A DNA stretch of 32,000 nucleotides from Wallemia ichthyophaga EXF-994 (GCF_000400465.1 NW_008806275.1:429656-461655), one strand, 5' to 3'; positions 21,219 through 31,988 are shown, numbered from the stretch's first letter. A program made the numbers and translations. Notes: generated from the letters alone by a model not told the origin.

Positions 21219-24200
21219 ATGCAGACGTCGCTTCTGCATAATCTCCTACTGCTGCCACTGGCAGTGCCAATTGCGTACAGAGCTGCACGTCGACCAGCCA
21301 TAGCTCTTCAAGATAATGTCGCTTCCCTGCATAACTCCAAGGCAGAGAATGCGTTCAACATCGCAAGCACTTACTTCCGTATTGAGAATGATATGATTTT
21401 AAACCAAGTGCACAAAATACATCCAATTAAGGGATACAGATTCTACAATAGATGTTTCTCCATTGTGGAGTTCAGTGTAGCGCTCGCCTCACTTATCACA
21501 CTCTCTACTAATCGTCCGCAAATCCTTACTCTACTACCACTATATGCTTACTGGGTGTACTTGGGCTTCATTGCGCTCGAAAGCTCCTTCACCAGCAATT
21601 TCAACTTTGAGAGACTTGTCCTGGGATCACTCTACTTGGTGATCAATGCAATTATTTACGGTTTTAGAACATCTTTTCCATCAAATATCCGCGAATACCT
21701 AATTCTTGCGTTCGCAGTAACATATATCCTCCCATCAATCTTCCTTCCTTACCAGACCGACAATGTCTCAACCAAGGCACAAGGTGGTCCAAAAACCCCA
21801 GCTGCGCTAGAAGAACCAACAAGCGTACTCAGCAGAATCAGCTTCTTCTACATAGATCCATACATCTTCAAACACTTCCGCATTCCAGTCAACCACCAAT
21901 CTCAGATCCCTTCGCTGCGTTCTGACAACCTCACCAGCTACATCTTATTAAAATTCAGATCCCTTTCCAGTACTCCACCTACCGTCACTAACTTTGTTCC
22001 ACGTTTGTTCAAATGCTTCAGGCGCGACTTAGGGTACATGGTTGTCATGTCGGCTTTCAAGTCTGTTTGCACGCTATCAGCACCTTTTTGTCTTCAGCGT
22101 ATTCTGAAACACATCAGCAGTCGTGGTGATGGTACGCGTGACCATGAGGCTTTTCTATTCGCTTTCCTTTTGTTTGTCGGTCAGGTGGCAGGCTCTCTCT
22201 TTAATCAGCAGGCTCTACTTATTGGTCGGAAACTCTGTATCAACCTTCGCTCTACTTTAATATCTGAGGTCTTCCTCAAGTCACTGAGAAGGAAATACAG
22301 TCAAGGCGAAAAGAAAAGCGAAAAGGAAGATGAGTCTACTGAAGAGAGTGAGAGTAAGGAAGAATCATCGAGCTCCTCAAATGAGGGTAGAATCATCAAT
22401 CTGGTTTCCGTAGATGCGTTCAAAGTGAGTTTCCTTATACCGTAAATGACAAAATTGACACCTTATAGACATCAGAAATTTCTGCATATTTGCACTTTGT
22501 GTTCCCAGAGTGTCCCCTTACCATTGTTCTCGCAATCACCGGTCTGTACCAATTGCTCGGCAAATCAGCCTTGGTCGGAATTTCGGTCCTCTTACTCACC
22601 ATTCCACTCACCTACTTTGTCAACCGCATCTTTATCAAGATTCAGACAGAGCTTTTGCAGAAGATTGATGCTAGATTAGATCTCGCAACTGAAGTATTGT
22701 CGAATATTCACTTGGTTAAGCTGAATGCTTGGGAGGATAGACTGATTGAGAAGATGAACATTACAAGAGCGAAAGAGCTGAGCGTCTTGAAGAAAAGATT
22801 CGCTGCATGGATTTTGAACGGCATTTTGATGTGGGGCACTCCAATTGCCGTGACTGTTTGCACTTTTATGGCACATACAAAGCTTTTTGGTCAGGTACTG
22901 ATATCTCAAGAAGCTTTCACAGCTCTTTTGTTGTTTAGGTGGGTTAGACTTCCGAAATTGTCAAATCCTCTAACCCAAATCGAAGTATTCTGAGATTCCC
23001 ACTCGAGGTTCTGCCTGAAGTTATCGTACACGTCCTCCAAGCAAAGATCTCGTGCGAGCGTATTGCTGAATATATCAATAACGAAGCGGATACTTCCAAG
23101 TACCAACAACTCAGTGGTCCAAAGGATATTGGAGATCCTACAATTGGTTTCAAGAACGCAACTCTCGTTTATGAAGGCGATGGCAGCCAAGGATTTGCAT
23201 TACGCAAGTTCAACCTTGACTTCCCTGTTAGCAAATTTAGCGTGGTTGCAGGTCCAGTCGGAAGTGGAAAGACTTCACTTTTAGATTCTTTGCTCGGTGA
23301 ATTATCTTTGATAGATGGGCGAGTGTTCATGCCGTGCTCGATGAATGCGGATGAGGTCGTCACAGATGAGCGCACAGGGCTAAAGGATGCTGTAGCATAC
23401 GCACCTCAAGCGCCTTTCTTATTGAGCACTACCATCAAAGAAAACATACTGTTCGGATCTCCATTCAACAAGAATCGTTACGACAAAGTGCTCAAGGCAT
23501 GTGCTCTTCTTCCAGACCTTGCCTTGTTTGACGACGGTGATGAGACGGAAGTTGGCGAGAAGGGTACTACTTGCTCAGGTGGACAGAAAGCTAGAATCGC
23601 ACTTGCAAGAGCCATTTACTCATCAGCAAAACATGTTCTCCTTGATGATGTTCTCTCTGCTGTCGATTCTCAAACCGGTCAAAACCTCCTCAAAAATGCT
23701 CTCCTAGGTCCACTTATGCGCAACCGTACTGTCATCCTTGTTACTCACCACGTCGCCATGTGTGCTGCAAAAGCTTCATATGTCGTCTTCTTACGGGATG
23801 GCTTGGTCGACGGGGCTGGTACACCCGTTGAGCTCCAAAAGCAGGGTCTTTTGGATGTTAGCCATGACGAAATCGAGCAAAATCCACCTGAAGAACCCAA
23901 GGCCAATGAAGCACATGACAAGAGACTTGAGACAGTTCAAGGTGGCCACCATCTCATCTCTAACAATATTATGGTTGAGGGATATGCAACCCCAACTCTT
24001 GACAAGAGGAGTCATTCGATAGCAGATGGCGAAGAGGCACCAGAATCTGATAACATTGCTCCAAAGAAGACTCGAATCGAAGAAGAGAAGAAAAGCGAGG
24101 GCGCCGTCAGTGCCAAAGTATACAAGCTCTATGCTGCTTCGCTTGGTGGCGGTATATTCTGGTCAATTATGTTTTTCACTTTCATTGGTGCGCAAACCTC

Positions 24201-26101
24201 TGAAGTTGCCGCTTCATACTGGCTTAGATTGTGGACTAGCTCCTACGATAAAGCTGCGGATGTTTTCAGCTACATCGTCACTCGCACTTCAATGCTCTTC
24301 GTACCAGGTGATGATATTGCTGCTGCGTCGCTCATCAACACACATGACGAAACGAATTACTACCTGGCTATCTACGTTCTCGTATCATTTGGATACATTG
24401 TTCTAACATCACTCTGCATGTTCGTCATGTTCAATGCTTCCGTCAATGCTTCCAGGAAGCTATACGACAGAATGTTAACAAGAGTCATGAAGACACGTAG
24501 CAGATTCTTCGACAGCACCCCAACTGGACGTATTATGAACAGAATGTCAAAAGATATAGAAGTTGTTGATCAAGAAACAGCCCCTGTCGTGTTATGGTTC
24601 TTGCACTCTCTCGTCTTAGCTTTGTTTATCCTGCTGGTTATTACTTTCGCTGCTCCTGCCTTCATCTTCGGTGCAATCATTGTTGCAATTGTTTACTACC
24701 TCATCGGTGCACTCTACCTGCAAACATCTAGGGACGTCAAGCGTATTGAGAGTTTGACAAGGTCACCGATATTCTCAACGTTCTTCGAGTGTCTTAATGG
24801 CGTCGTTAGTATTAGGGCTTATGCAGCTACCAACAGATTCCAAAATCGCGTCTTTGAACTGCTCGACGAAAACAACGCAGGTTTCTTAATGTTGTGGTAT
24901 ACCAACCGCTGGCTGTCCCTCCGTATAGATGTGGCAGCCGCTATGATCAGTTTGACTACGGCCATCTTCCTTTTGTTGGACAAGAGCATTTCGCCTTCAA
25001 TGGCCGGTTTTGCACTTTCGTACGCTATAACATTCAATGAAGCTGCACTGTGGGTTGTCAGACTTAGTGCGCAGACTGAGATCAATCTCAACTCTGTCGA
25101 GCGTATCGGAGAATATCTTGATTTGGAACCTGAGCAGAAAGAGGATGAGGGAGAGATACCTGGTCCTGAATGGCCGAGCGAAAATTCGTACATGTAAGTT
25201 GGGTGTTTGAGCTGTGTGGGTACAGCTGACATGGTTATTAGTGATATTCGCTCGTTGAGTGTCAGATACTCGCCAGAGTTGAGAAGAGTTCTTGACAACG
25301 TTTCCTTTGTTGTTAAGCCAGGTGAAAAGGTTGGAATTTGTGGTAGAACTGGATCAGGGTGAGTTGTATTGGGACAAACGCCGATCAATCTAACAAAATC
25401 ATAGCAAATCGACACTGGTTCTCTGTCTTAATCGCATATTGGAATTGGAGAGCGGTCTAATTTCTATCGACGGTAACGACATCTCCGAATTGAAGCTTGA
25501 AGCTCTCAGAAGTCGGATGACGACCATTCCTCAGGAGGCGCAGCTGTTTGGTGGTACACTGCGCGAAAATCTCGATCCGTTTGATGAGTTTACGGATGAT
25601 GAGATCTGGGAAGTACTCAAACGTGTGAAGTTGGCATCAAGTATGGACTTATCCGTCACCTCGCTATCAGAGTCAGCCAACATCGACAGAACGTCTATCA
25701 AATCTCTTAATGAGAAGGTAGCACAAAGCGGAAAGAACTTCAGTGCAGGTCAACGTCAGTTGCTGGCGTTGGCTAGAGGTCTTCTTAAACTCTCACACGC
25801 CAAGTCCAACATATTGCTGCTTGACGAATCAACGGCTAATCTGGATTCGCATTCTGATGAAATTATTCAAAGAGCTCTGAGATACGACATGGATAATGTC
25901 ACCATTCTCTGCGTTGCTCATAGACTGCGTACTATCGCAGATTACGACAAAATCCTCGTTCTTGATGCTGGACGCGTCGTTGAGTACGACACACCTGCCA
26001 ATCTTTACAAGAAGAACTCCAACTTTACTTCGCTATGCAAGCAATCTGGTGAAGATGCTGAGCTTGCCAAGATAATATTCGAGAAGGAGGAACGTAAGTA
26101 G
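21219..26101 (+). CDS. Full-length ABCC/MRP-type ABC transporter (Ybt1/Bat1/Ycf1-like)
   Basis: TMD-NBD-TMD-NBD. NBD1 has [16 protein letters not shown] and VLLDD; NBD2 has GRTGSGKS (spliced), [15 protein letters not shown] and VAHRLRTI. Also [17 protein letters not shown] and NRWLSLR. Four short introns. Confidence 0.93.
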
Positions 26102-26180
26102 ATTCATATCATTAAACGGACTTTCTATTACATTACTTAAAAATGCATTACATTAAGTAATATTTGAGCATATATAGCAT

Positions 26181-27348
26181 CTATTCTAATTGCTTGTACG
26201 AACTCTGGAAGCTATCTGTGAAGAGACTGCGAGCTTTGAAAGAGCCTGCCCACGCTCCAAATGAGAACCAGCCAAGTCTGATTGCACCGCCTGTCATACC
26301 CACAGCGACACCCATGATTGTTGGGCCGGTTGAGTATTTCTTCGAAGCTTCGTTACCATTTGCGAGGCTGAGTATGTTCGCAGCTATGTAACTTGAGTGG
26401 CGATTGGCATTTACGAATGTCTTGAGCTCGTCGATATTTACTATATCACCCATTGCAAATACATTCCTTAGCTTTGGTGAATCAACTTGTAGGAAGTCGT
26501 TGACCTTCACCAATCCTTTTTCCGAGATAAGGCTAGTGTCAAAGTCCTGAACAAGAGAAACATTTGGCTTAGTACCCATAGCGTTGAAGACGAAATCAGC
26601 TCTAAATTCTTTTCCTGAGGTGGTTCTGATAGTGCGTTCTTCGCCATATCCGAACTGCAGCTCACCAATGTTATCAACGCGCTCATTGAGCACAACCTTC
26701 ACGCCCTTCCTTGTTAATTGGGAGTACACCTCACCGTGCAGGCCCACTTCTTTGCCGCAGAGATCGCCATGTGAATGAACCAACGTAACTTCCTTGTCTT
26801 TGTACCTCTCGCGAACCTCACCGCTCATCTCAACACCGAGTGAGCCTCCACCGACTATAACGATCTTTCCAGAATTCTCGATTTCGCCTTGCATGTTCTT
26901 CAGATGATCTTTCATGGTGAAGGATTGGGTATCAGGACGGCATGGAAACGCGTAGTTGGAGCCTGTGGCGAGCAGGAGAATATCATAGGGAATAGTTTTT
27001 CCTATTTTACTAGATTTGTCGATTGTCACTGTCGTTTCATCGAATTGAATGGCTCGGTATCCGTTGAGAACGACGTGTCTCGATTTCTCACTGAAGAGGT
27101 TTTCGAGCGAGGTCATTACTTGGTTCTCCCATGAGGGTGATACTGAGGCTCTCAATGCTGCCTGTATTAAATCAGATTGCTTAAGCTAGATAAATTGAGT
27201 GACGTACTGGTGGAAAGTAGGCATATTCATTAGCCTCGATGAGCACGATGCGATGTGTCTTTGGCAGTTTGCTGTGTATGTTTTTTATGACATTTATGGA
27301 GCTATTAGAGCCGATAATTACAACATTCTTGAGATCGACGTCTGACAT
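26181..27348 (-). CDS. AIF/AMID(FSP1)-like FAD-dependent NAD(P)H oxidoreductase
   Basis: YDILLLATGSNY, IVIVGGGSLGVEMSGE, VTLVHS, GLVKVNDFLQV, VFAMGDI. One intron after YFPP. The first dinucleotide-binding motif is degenerate (see findings). Confidence 0.85.
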
Positions 27349-28200
27349 GGTATAGTGGTGGCTGTTGGACGAGAAGATGCCAAGTGGGAAGATGTGGAAC
27401 AGTCGATTTACCAATTGATTCGGGAGCAGCTTAAGCTGTGTATGTGGTTCGTGATGACTTGTGGCATGTTCGAGAAGGTAATCTCAATGTTTTAGTATGC
27501 GGAAATAGCATCTGATACACGCAAAGAAATTCTAAAAGAACATTGAAAGAAATCATGATGCTTTCATGATGCTTCCTGCATCTTCACCAATTATTGCAAG
27601 CTTCTTCACGTCAAAGACTATTCTTAGCCTGAAGATGAAGAATAGCACGTTCAATGACGAGTGCTTCATGACACCGTGACGCCTGTAAATTTGAGCCATA
27701 CTGGTATTGTTTTGTAGCTATTGACGAGGAGGTACAATGTGTGAATTTTTTGACTAGTCTTGTGAAACGCTCTGCATTCAACCAGGCAGATTTGGAATGT
27801 CACAAGGAGCAATTTAAAGTTTAAAATGCAAAATTTTGATATTCCTACTCCTAAAATTCCAACGCAGCCTTAGTCGCCTTTACAACCCCATTTTTTGAAA
27901 TTTTGAAATGCACCGGTGAAGCCAAACCCCGATTTCAAAGTTGAGCTGACCTCCACTTTCCTTTGTATGAAATGTATGAAAGAGGCGTGCGGTGATCCGT
28001 AATGAAAATATCCTTACCCTTACCCTTGAGCCACCATTGAGTCCTGTGGACGCTAAGTGCCGGAAAACATAAATCGCGTTTATAGGGACCAAAGAATTAA
28101 AATTGCGGGCGCTTGCGGTCTCTATAAGCCAGAGTGATTGGATTTAATTGATGAAGTGCGCAGTAGTTTTCATATCTATCCTGTAGCGTGCTCTAGAGTG

Positions 28201-28575
28201 ATGTCCGATCCCAACTCCAGAACGGCATATAGGGCGCAATTGGAGGCTCAGAGATATAAATCTGGTAAATTTTTGCAGAAACAATTAAGCGCTATTTATG
28301 AAGCTTTTTTTATTTGTAGATGGTCAAAATCCGTAAATCCGCCACTTGAGATGAGACAGGTGGTAATCGAGAAATTCAACTCTGTGGATATTGAGCGAAG
28401 GGCTGTTATAGGAATGTATTTCGAATGCCAGAGATGCTATACAAACGAAGATTTTGTTAAATTGTTAAAATTGTCAGTATATGGTATCACTGTGTTCGTC
28501 TTCCCACATACTTGGCCATTATCAGGGTCAAGTGACCTCAATAAAGTCAGACTCTCTTCGTATAAGTTGCTTTAG
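28201..28575 (+). CDS. Orphan ORF (124 aa) with a divergent homeodomain-like pattern
   Basis: Open frame from ATG 28201 to TAG 28575. Residues fit homeodomain positions F8, Q12, L13, I16, F20, P26, R31, I45, Y/F48-49 and R53 when loop insertions are allowed. The 3' end may be spliced. Confidence 0.4.
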   Translation: MSDPNSRTAYRAQLEAQRYKSGKFLQKQLSAIYEAFFICRWSKSVNPPLEMRQVVIEKFNSVDIERRAVIGMYFECQRCYTNEDFVKLLKLSVYGITVFVFPHTWPLSGSSDLNKVRLSSYKLL

Positions 28576-29059
28576 CTAACAAAGTGACCTAAACCGTCTT
28601 TGCTTTCTCTTAAACAAGCCGCGTGGTAGACATCGTGTAACCTGCAAAGCAATTGCGAGTTGAGAAAACCAAAGAAGTGTCTAAAACTGCCACAATAGAG
28701 CTGAACTTCTGAATATCAATGTTTCTTATGAAATGCTCAGCACTGCACGACTGTGTGGTGTTAGTGTTGGGTGGTTTCCCATCAGCCAAGCCAAATCACA
28801 AGCGCGTAGTCATGATCGAGAAGATGAGTATTGATTATAAATTATGAAAGTACCGAATAAGTCACTTTAACACTCCGCAATCGCTCAAAATGCTTAAGAA
28901 TCAGCCGTTCGCTACCGGATAAATCTTTTCAGTTGCAAATTGTATTTGCAACGTGAGCAGAAAGTACTAATTGCTATCAAAACCAACGCGACTCCTCTGC
29001 GTTGTCTATAACTTAAATATATAATTTGAAAGCAAACGCCTTCAAAAAGAAGGATACTC

Positions 29060-29064
29060 AAAAA
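29060..29064 (-). terminator. Pol III oligo-T terminator of tRNA-Cys
   Basis: TTTTT on the minus strand immediately at the tRNA 3' end (first T is the discriminator); a second T5 run at 29044-29048. Confidence 0.7.
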
Positions 29065-29137
29065 GGAGCAAACCGGATTTGAACCGGTGGTCTTAAGATT
29101 TGCAATCTTACGCTTTAACCAACTAAGCTACTGCTCC
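29064..29137 (-). tRNA. tRNA-Cys(GCA), intronless
   Basis: Acceptor GGAGCAG/TTGCTCC plus discriminator T; D stem GCTT/AAGC; anticodon stem TAAGA/TCTTA with loop TT-GCA-AA; T arm ACCGG-TTCAAAT-CCGGT. U73 fits Cys identity. Confidence 0.95.
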
Positions 29138-29272
29138 TCTGCTTCAGCGAGTCATAATGACTGTATAAATATTGTCAAGATTCAGGTTAAAGCCGTAACA
29201 TTTGGATAAGAGTTATTGATGCCCCACGACTAAGACCTACCGTTACCGTTTCCGACTGATTGATTCACCTAA

Positions 29273-29656
29273 ATGCAATTCGTGTGGCACAGAGGACACC
29301 ATTTCGCACAGAATTTTCATACGCAAAAGACATATTATGGCCAGAATCACATGAAGAAGAAAAATTACCAAGATCAATATTCGGTTCGAATAAGGACCAA
29401 TAATCAGAAACACACACACTCTACAAGCCCTTTACGAGTTCTTCAAACCGCAACTGACTACGTACCAAAGATACTCCGATGGTTCAGTGTAATTGAGAAC
29501 CAACAACAATTAACAAATTACGACGCTAGTCAAGAAACGCTTCCAGTAAATTTAGCACCCCCTTTGACTCCTCATGCTTTAAGAAGTATTGATGGACGCA
29601 GTTTAAATATGTATCATCTTAACAAAACATTCAGATTTCATCATCATCATCATTAG
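29273..29656 (+). CDS. Orphan ORF (127 aa), His-rich ends
   Basis: ATG-initiated 127-codon ORF in otherwise gene-free sequence; no recognised domain; ends HHHHH-stop. Confidence 0.3.
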   Translation: MQFVWHRGHHFAQNFHTQKTYYGQNHMKKKNYQDQYSVRIRTNNQKHTHSTSPLRVLQTATDYVPKILRWFSVIENQQQLTNYDASQETLPVNLAPPLTPHALRSIDGRSLNMYHLNKTFRFHHHHH

Positions 29657-29823
29657 AGATTTTACCTCAAAGACGACTTAAGAGATGAAAGCTGAGAGCT
29701 AAATGAGCCAAGTAGCTAAGTGTCACTACTTAACCTACCACCTGGAGCTTTTGGTGAGGCTGGGTGGCTTTAAGGTCGTTAAAGAGGTTTTTGGTGTATA
29801 TAACAGTTCACAAGTCAGCATAT

Positions 29824-30089
29824 GCTGATTAGCTGATTAGCTATTTGGCTAATTGGCTGGTGAAACAATTTGTTTGTTTCAGAGTGGTTTAGTATGCACC
29901 GAGGTAACACATTATGCACGCACGGGCACAGCGAGACAGCGAGACAGCAAAACAGCAATAAATCCAAAAAAGCTATATTGGCATAAATTTGAAAAGCCAG
30001 AGCATACATCGGAGAGAATCAGGGAGTGAAAGGGTGGGTGGAAATGGGTGATATACTATGAGGCTTTGGATACTATGGATACTATGGAT
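29824..30089. repeat. Cluster of short degenerate tandem repeats
   Basis: GCTGATTA GCTGATTA GCTATTTG GCTAATTG (8-mer); ACAGCGAG ACAGCGAG ACAGCAAA ACAGCAA (8-mer); GGATACTAT GGATACTAT GGAT (9-mer). Confidence 0.6.
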
Positions 30090-30262
30090 TCTGCTACTAA
30101 GATTAATTACTGATACTGCTGACCCTAATGATACCACCGCGTCGAGCAGATAGCCAGATAACCAGTAGTAGTAGGGTAGTCAAGAAGATAAAGGGAAGGT
30201 TGAAGCATAAAAAAGAAAGAAAGAAAAGGAATACCAATTGAAGTTCAGCCTCAAGCTCAAGC

Positions 30263-31988
30263 TCACTGACTCTCATAATAGCCATTACGGAAAGCAGGGC
30301 TGGAGGGGGAGCGATGCGAGGGAAAAGATTTATGAGCGCCGTCGAAGCCACCTCTACCACGATAACCACCGCGATAACCACTGCCACCACCTCTACCTCT
30401 TCCGCCGCCACTACCTCTACCTCTTCCGCCTCTAGCTCTAGAGTAGAAAGGATTATCGAGGGATTCGCCGAACGTGTCAAGGTTCCTACATCTCTCCTCT
30501 TCACGCGCCGCCCTAGCGAGGAGTCTGCCGCTGTTAGAGTTGGAGTTGAGGTGGGTGTATTCGTGCTGCATCTGCGTTTGCTGATGAGGAGGCAACTGCT
30601 TCTGCATCTGGTGCTGTTTTTGTTGCCCAAAGCTAGTGGTGTTCGACGAGAGTGAGTCGAAGAAAGACGACGATTTGTTATAAGCGGGAGCGGCGGCAGT
30701 TTCTTGATCGACTTGGACGTGCTCCTCCTCTGCCGGGACACCACCTGCACTACTGACAGGTTCACCAGAGAGGAGATCCGCTGCATCGAGCTCCAACTCC
30801 AACTCCACATTCACGTCGCCTTCAACTCCTTCGTGCTGCCCCGTGTCCATCTTGCGGTGTATTTTCCTAAACACAGCATTCGAGCGCTCGAAATCGAAAT
30901 CGGAGGGTGGAACAATGTGCGAGGAGTGAGACGTGTGCGATGATTTAGAGTGCGGTTGCGTGTGTCTTTTGGGGCGTGATTGTGCATGTGTTGGTTCACT
31001 AGGTCTGTCGTACAAGGACGCCTGCTTCTCTTTCCTGCTCGCTGCATTCATGACACCAGCCTCCTGGGCCACCTCTGCTCTAGCGTTAGCGTCATCCTTG
31101 AGCTTAATGCGCGACATAGCGTCTTCTATTTTTTCTGCACGGATAGGTTGGATGGGTTGATTAGATGGGGAGTGAACTGTGGGTTGTACTGGTTGAGCAG
31201 TGGGTGGCTGAGGAGTGTGTGTGGATGTTTGGGAAGTGGCCGGGACTGGGTGAGGTGGCTGTGCTGGTTGTGCGACCTGCACCTGCACTGGAGGGTGCGG
31301 TTGAGCTGGCGGAGGCTGCTGCGAAGGAGGACCATTAGGAGGACCATTAGGAGGGCCATTAGGAGGAGCATTTGGAGGACCATTAGGACCATTAGGGTAA
31401 GGCATGTAAGGTGGGAACATGTGAGGTGGAGGCGGGTAGTAGCCTGGCATGCCCGGCATTGGGGGGAAGCCGATGAAAGGGCGCTGAGGGGTGCCTGGGT
31501 GGGGAGGATTAGTTGGGTGAGGTGTTTGCTGTGAGGGTGTTTGTGCCTGTGGTTGAGCGGCTACTTTCGGAGAAGGGCGAGCGGTCTAGAGCGGGATTAG
31601 GTAAAAGACTTTTAAAATAAACGCCCAAACTCACACCAACAATAGCAGGATCATCTGGAATGCTGCTATTACCGCTGGTCACCGGTGGAGGTTGCTCGAC
31701 TTGGAGATTCTTGACATCAGCCGCTTTGAAGACAATAAAGTCGTAGATGGATTCAGAGAGAGGAATATCAGACATATCGGTGACATCGTTCTTATTGCGT
31801 CTGCCTTCAGTTCCCATCGACTGTACTGTACAAGTTATTTTAGCCAATTGTCTGCTCTTTACTCCCTACACACCCTTCTGGAGAGAGATGGTCGCTGCGG
31901 TGTGGTCAATAGCCACCAGCGTGCCTTTGTAGCGTATCTCGGATTTAGACACGAGTGATATCCTCGAGCCGATGAAGTTTGAGGCCAT
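30263..31988 (-). CDS. SCD6: Scd6/LSM14/RAP55 mRNA decapping activator and translational repressor
   Basis: N-terminal LSm domain MASNFIGSRISLVSKSEIRYKGTL...VQSMGTEGR...YDFIVFKAADVKNL, then DFDF, FFD (YNKSSSFFDSLS), TFG (NLDTFGE) and RGG boxes. Two introns. Confidence 0.95.
31325..31396 (-). repeat. 12-nt coding tandem repeat (NGPP)n in SCD6
   Basis: AATGGTCCTCCT-like units, about 5-6 copies, encoding NGPNGPPNAPPNGPPNGPPNGPP. Confidence 0.8.

Noticed and set aside
6506-27348. AOX plus AMID-like oxidoreductase as a linked alternative respiratory chain
   Set aside because: They are 19 kb apart with unrelated genes between, and the oxidoreductase FAD motif is degenerate.
27343-27487. Protein-like plus-strand frame (VAVGREDAKWEDVEQSIYQLIREQL)
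   Set aside because: No initiating ATG, short, and overlaps the oxidoreductase 5' leader.
27874-27887. GCCTTTAC resembling U5 snRNA loop 1
   Set aside because: One U short of the invariant loop and no flanking stem or Sm site.
27826-28002. Interrupted frame MQNFDIPTPKIPTQP*SPLQPHFLKF*NAPVKPNPDF... as lost 5' exons of the HD-like ORF
   Set aside because: No consistent splice path removes the stops; not supportable without transcript data.
28011-28030. CCTTA-CCCTTA-CCCTTG telomere-like repeat
   Set aside because: Under three copies and not the TTAGGG unit.
28860-29200. NUMT around the tRNA
   Set aside because: No mitochondrial gene fragments recognised, and the tRNA has a Pol III terminator.
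27350-30260. Pheromone precursor (CaaX) or receptor genes indicating a mating-type locus
   Set aside because: No small ORF ending in a CaaX motif and no STE3-like sequence was seen by eye.
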